Below are positions 62,790-64,000 of a DNA stretch of 64,000 bases, one piece after another. Each line of letters begins with the position of its first letter. Position 1 is the first letter of the stretch. The notes beneath the pieces are model-generated. The model had not been told where the DNA came from and did no database searches. It worked only from the letters and a program-made list of their open reading frames with translations. The position numbers and the translations under genes were made by a program. The DNA comes from an uncultured Verrucomicrobiae bacterium. Lineage in GTDB: Bacteria > Verrucomicrobiota > Verrucomicrobiia > Palsa-1439. The stretch covers positions 192,001 through 256,000 of the forward strand of contig CAWEWF010000001.1 in NCBI GenBank assembly GCA_963812605.1, read 5' to 3'.

Positions 62790-62828
62790 GGGCCCGAAGT
62801 TTTCACGAACTTCGGGCCCTGTTTTTTT
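62790..62828 (+). terminator. Intrinsic terminator after glnA
   Basis: gggcccgaagtt...aacttcgggccc followed by tgttttttt. Confidence 0.85.
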
Positions 62829-62899
62829 CTAAGGCGCGCGCCGTCACGAAATAATTCTCGTTCGCGGGCATTTTTTTCTTGAAGCGCTGAAATTCGCCC

Positions 62900-63289
62900 G
62901 CTATCCTCACGCACGTTAAGGCGTAGGCGAGGACAAGGAAAGGGCTGTGAATAACCTGTTAGTAGCCTGGACGAATAGCCACGTATTGCTAATTGGTCGT
63001 ATACATTGTCCAGGACATGCGTATTTTTTCGTTCACTGCTCGACCGAGTCTGTCACGAATGTTGTGAGGGGAAACCGCAGCTGCACATCGGTATAAAAGC
63101 CGATTCCGAGGCGTAATTTTCGCAGTTTGCCGGAGGTTTTGCCAGTGAGGCATGGGGGTTTGTTTCCTCGATATTCGCGTGCAGTTCTCTGCTCTCCGCC
63201 CGTCCCTGACAAGGTGCAGCCCGTGGGGCTGCCGCATAAAAAGTGTTAACACGCTGTGAATAAGTCGGCGTTGCGATGACGGAGGATGC
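62900..63289. promoter_or_regulatory. dnaA upstream region with DnaA boxes (probable oriC or dnaA autoregulatory region)
   Basis: TGTGAATAA at 62946-62954 and 63255-63263 plus degenerate boxes. Non-coding and adjacent to dnaA. Confidence 0.65.
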
Positions 63290-64000
63290 ATGACAATGGG
63301 GCATGAGCAATTGTGGCGAGACGCGAGCAAAATCCTGCAAGGAATGCTCAATCCTGAGTTGTTTGGCCGCTGGTTTGCGCCCATTAAGGCCGTCGAGGTC
63401 GATCAGGGCGCCCTCGTCCTGGGAGTGGCCAACGAATTCTACCAGATTTGGCTTCAGGATAATTTCCTCCCGTTGATTCGCGAGGCCGTCAATCAAGTTT
63501 CCCGCCACCCGTTGCAAGTCCGCTTTGCCATCGCGCCGGGCCTGAAAGCGCCGCCCGAAGTGATTAAGCCGATCCGTGATTGGCGCGGCGGAGAAACGCG
63601 GCGCAACCAGGACCTCTCTCGACGCGAAATTGAACCCGCGCTACACCTTCGACAGCTTCGTGATCGGCCCGAACAACAATTTCGCCCATGCCGCCGCGCT
63701 GGCGGTCGCGCAATCGCCCGCCAAAGCCTACAATCCGCTGTTCGTCTACGGCGGCGTGGGGCTTGGCAAGACGCATCTGATGCAGGCGATCGGCCATGCG
63801 GCGTCCGGCAACAGTAAAATCAGCCGGGTCTGTTACATAACCTGCGAGCAGTTCACCAACGATTTCATCCAGGCCATCCAGAACAGCACCATGACGAAGT
63901 TCCGCAAGAAGTACCGCCAGGTCGACGTGCTGCTCATCGACGACATCCAGTTTCTCGGCGGCAAGGAACGCATGCAGGACGAGTTCTTCCACACGTTTAA
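63290..64000 (+). CDS. dnaA: Chromosomal replication initiator DnaA (partial, one +1 indel near 63570-63590)
   Basis: Domain I ([16 protein letters not shown]), then in the shifted frame [46 protein letters not shown]. Confidence 0.95.

Noticed and set aside
63560-63630. Programmed frameshift or pseudogenisation of dnaA
   Set aside because: No slippery site seen. Similar indels occur in many unrelated genes, so sequence error is more likely.

Overview
A roughly 60% GC bacterial chromosome segment, probably PVC superphylum and most like Verrucomicrobiota. That placement is inferred from gene content: a MoxR/VWA operon, TSP3-type secreted proteins, a Zn-ribbon Ser/Thr kinase and a Zn-ribbon bactofilin. 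Left to right: (1) 1-9.4 kb, a minus-strand MoxR-VWA operon with an embedded Fe3+/polyamine-type ABC importer whose ATPase is fused to an NHL beta-propeller. (2) 9.6-22.5 kb, a decaying stress island: kdpF plus a kdpA stub joined to a hypE fragment, pqiA, a short DUF748 gene, ytxH, csbD, cbpAM and ackA/xfp. (3) 23-36 kb, TlpA, NDH-2, aquaporin-arsC, FHA-DUF4388, a pyrD-ABC-glycosyltransferase-rluA-MFS run and bactofilins. (4) 36-50 kb, yebC-ruvC-ruvA//ruvB-carB, with carB split into two separate genes by a 3.4 kb insert carrying a GH50-like gene. (5) tRNA-Leu followed by a DarTG toxin-antitoxin pair. (6) 55.3-60.4 kb, a putative polymorphic secreted-protein/immunity locus with an orphan repeat remnant. 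(7) sigma54-type promoter, glnB-glnA, the probable oriC and the 5' part of dnaA. Many REP-like palindromes occur, one of them translated inside pyrD. Single-base indels in core genes (dnaA, ruvC, carB) point to assembly errors, so frameshift and fusion claims need read-level checks. No CRISPR array, rRNA, integrase or transposase was seen.
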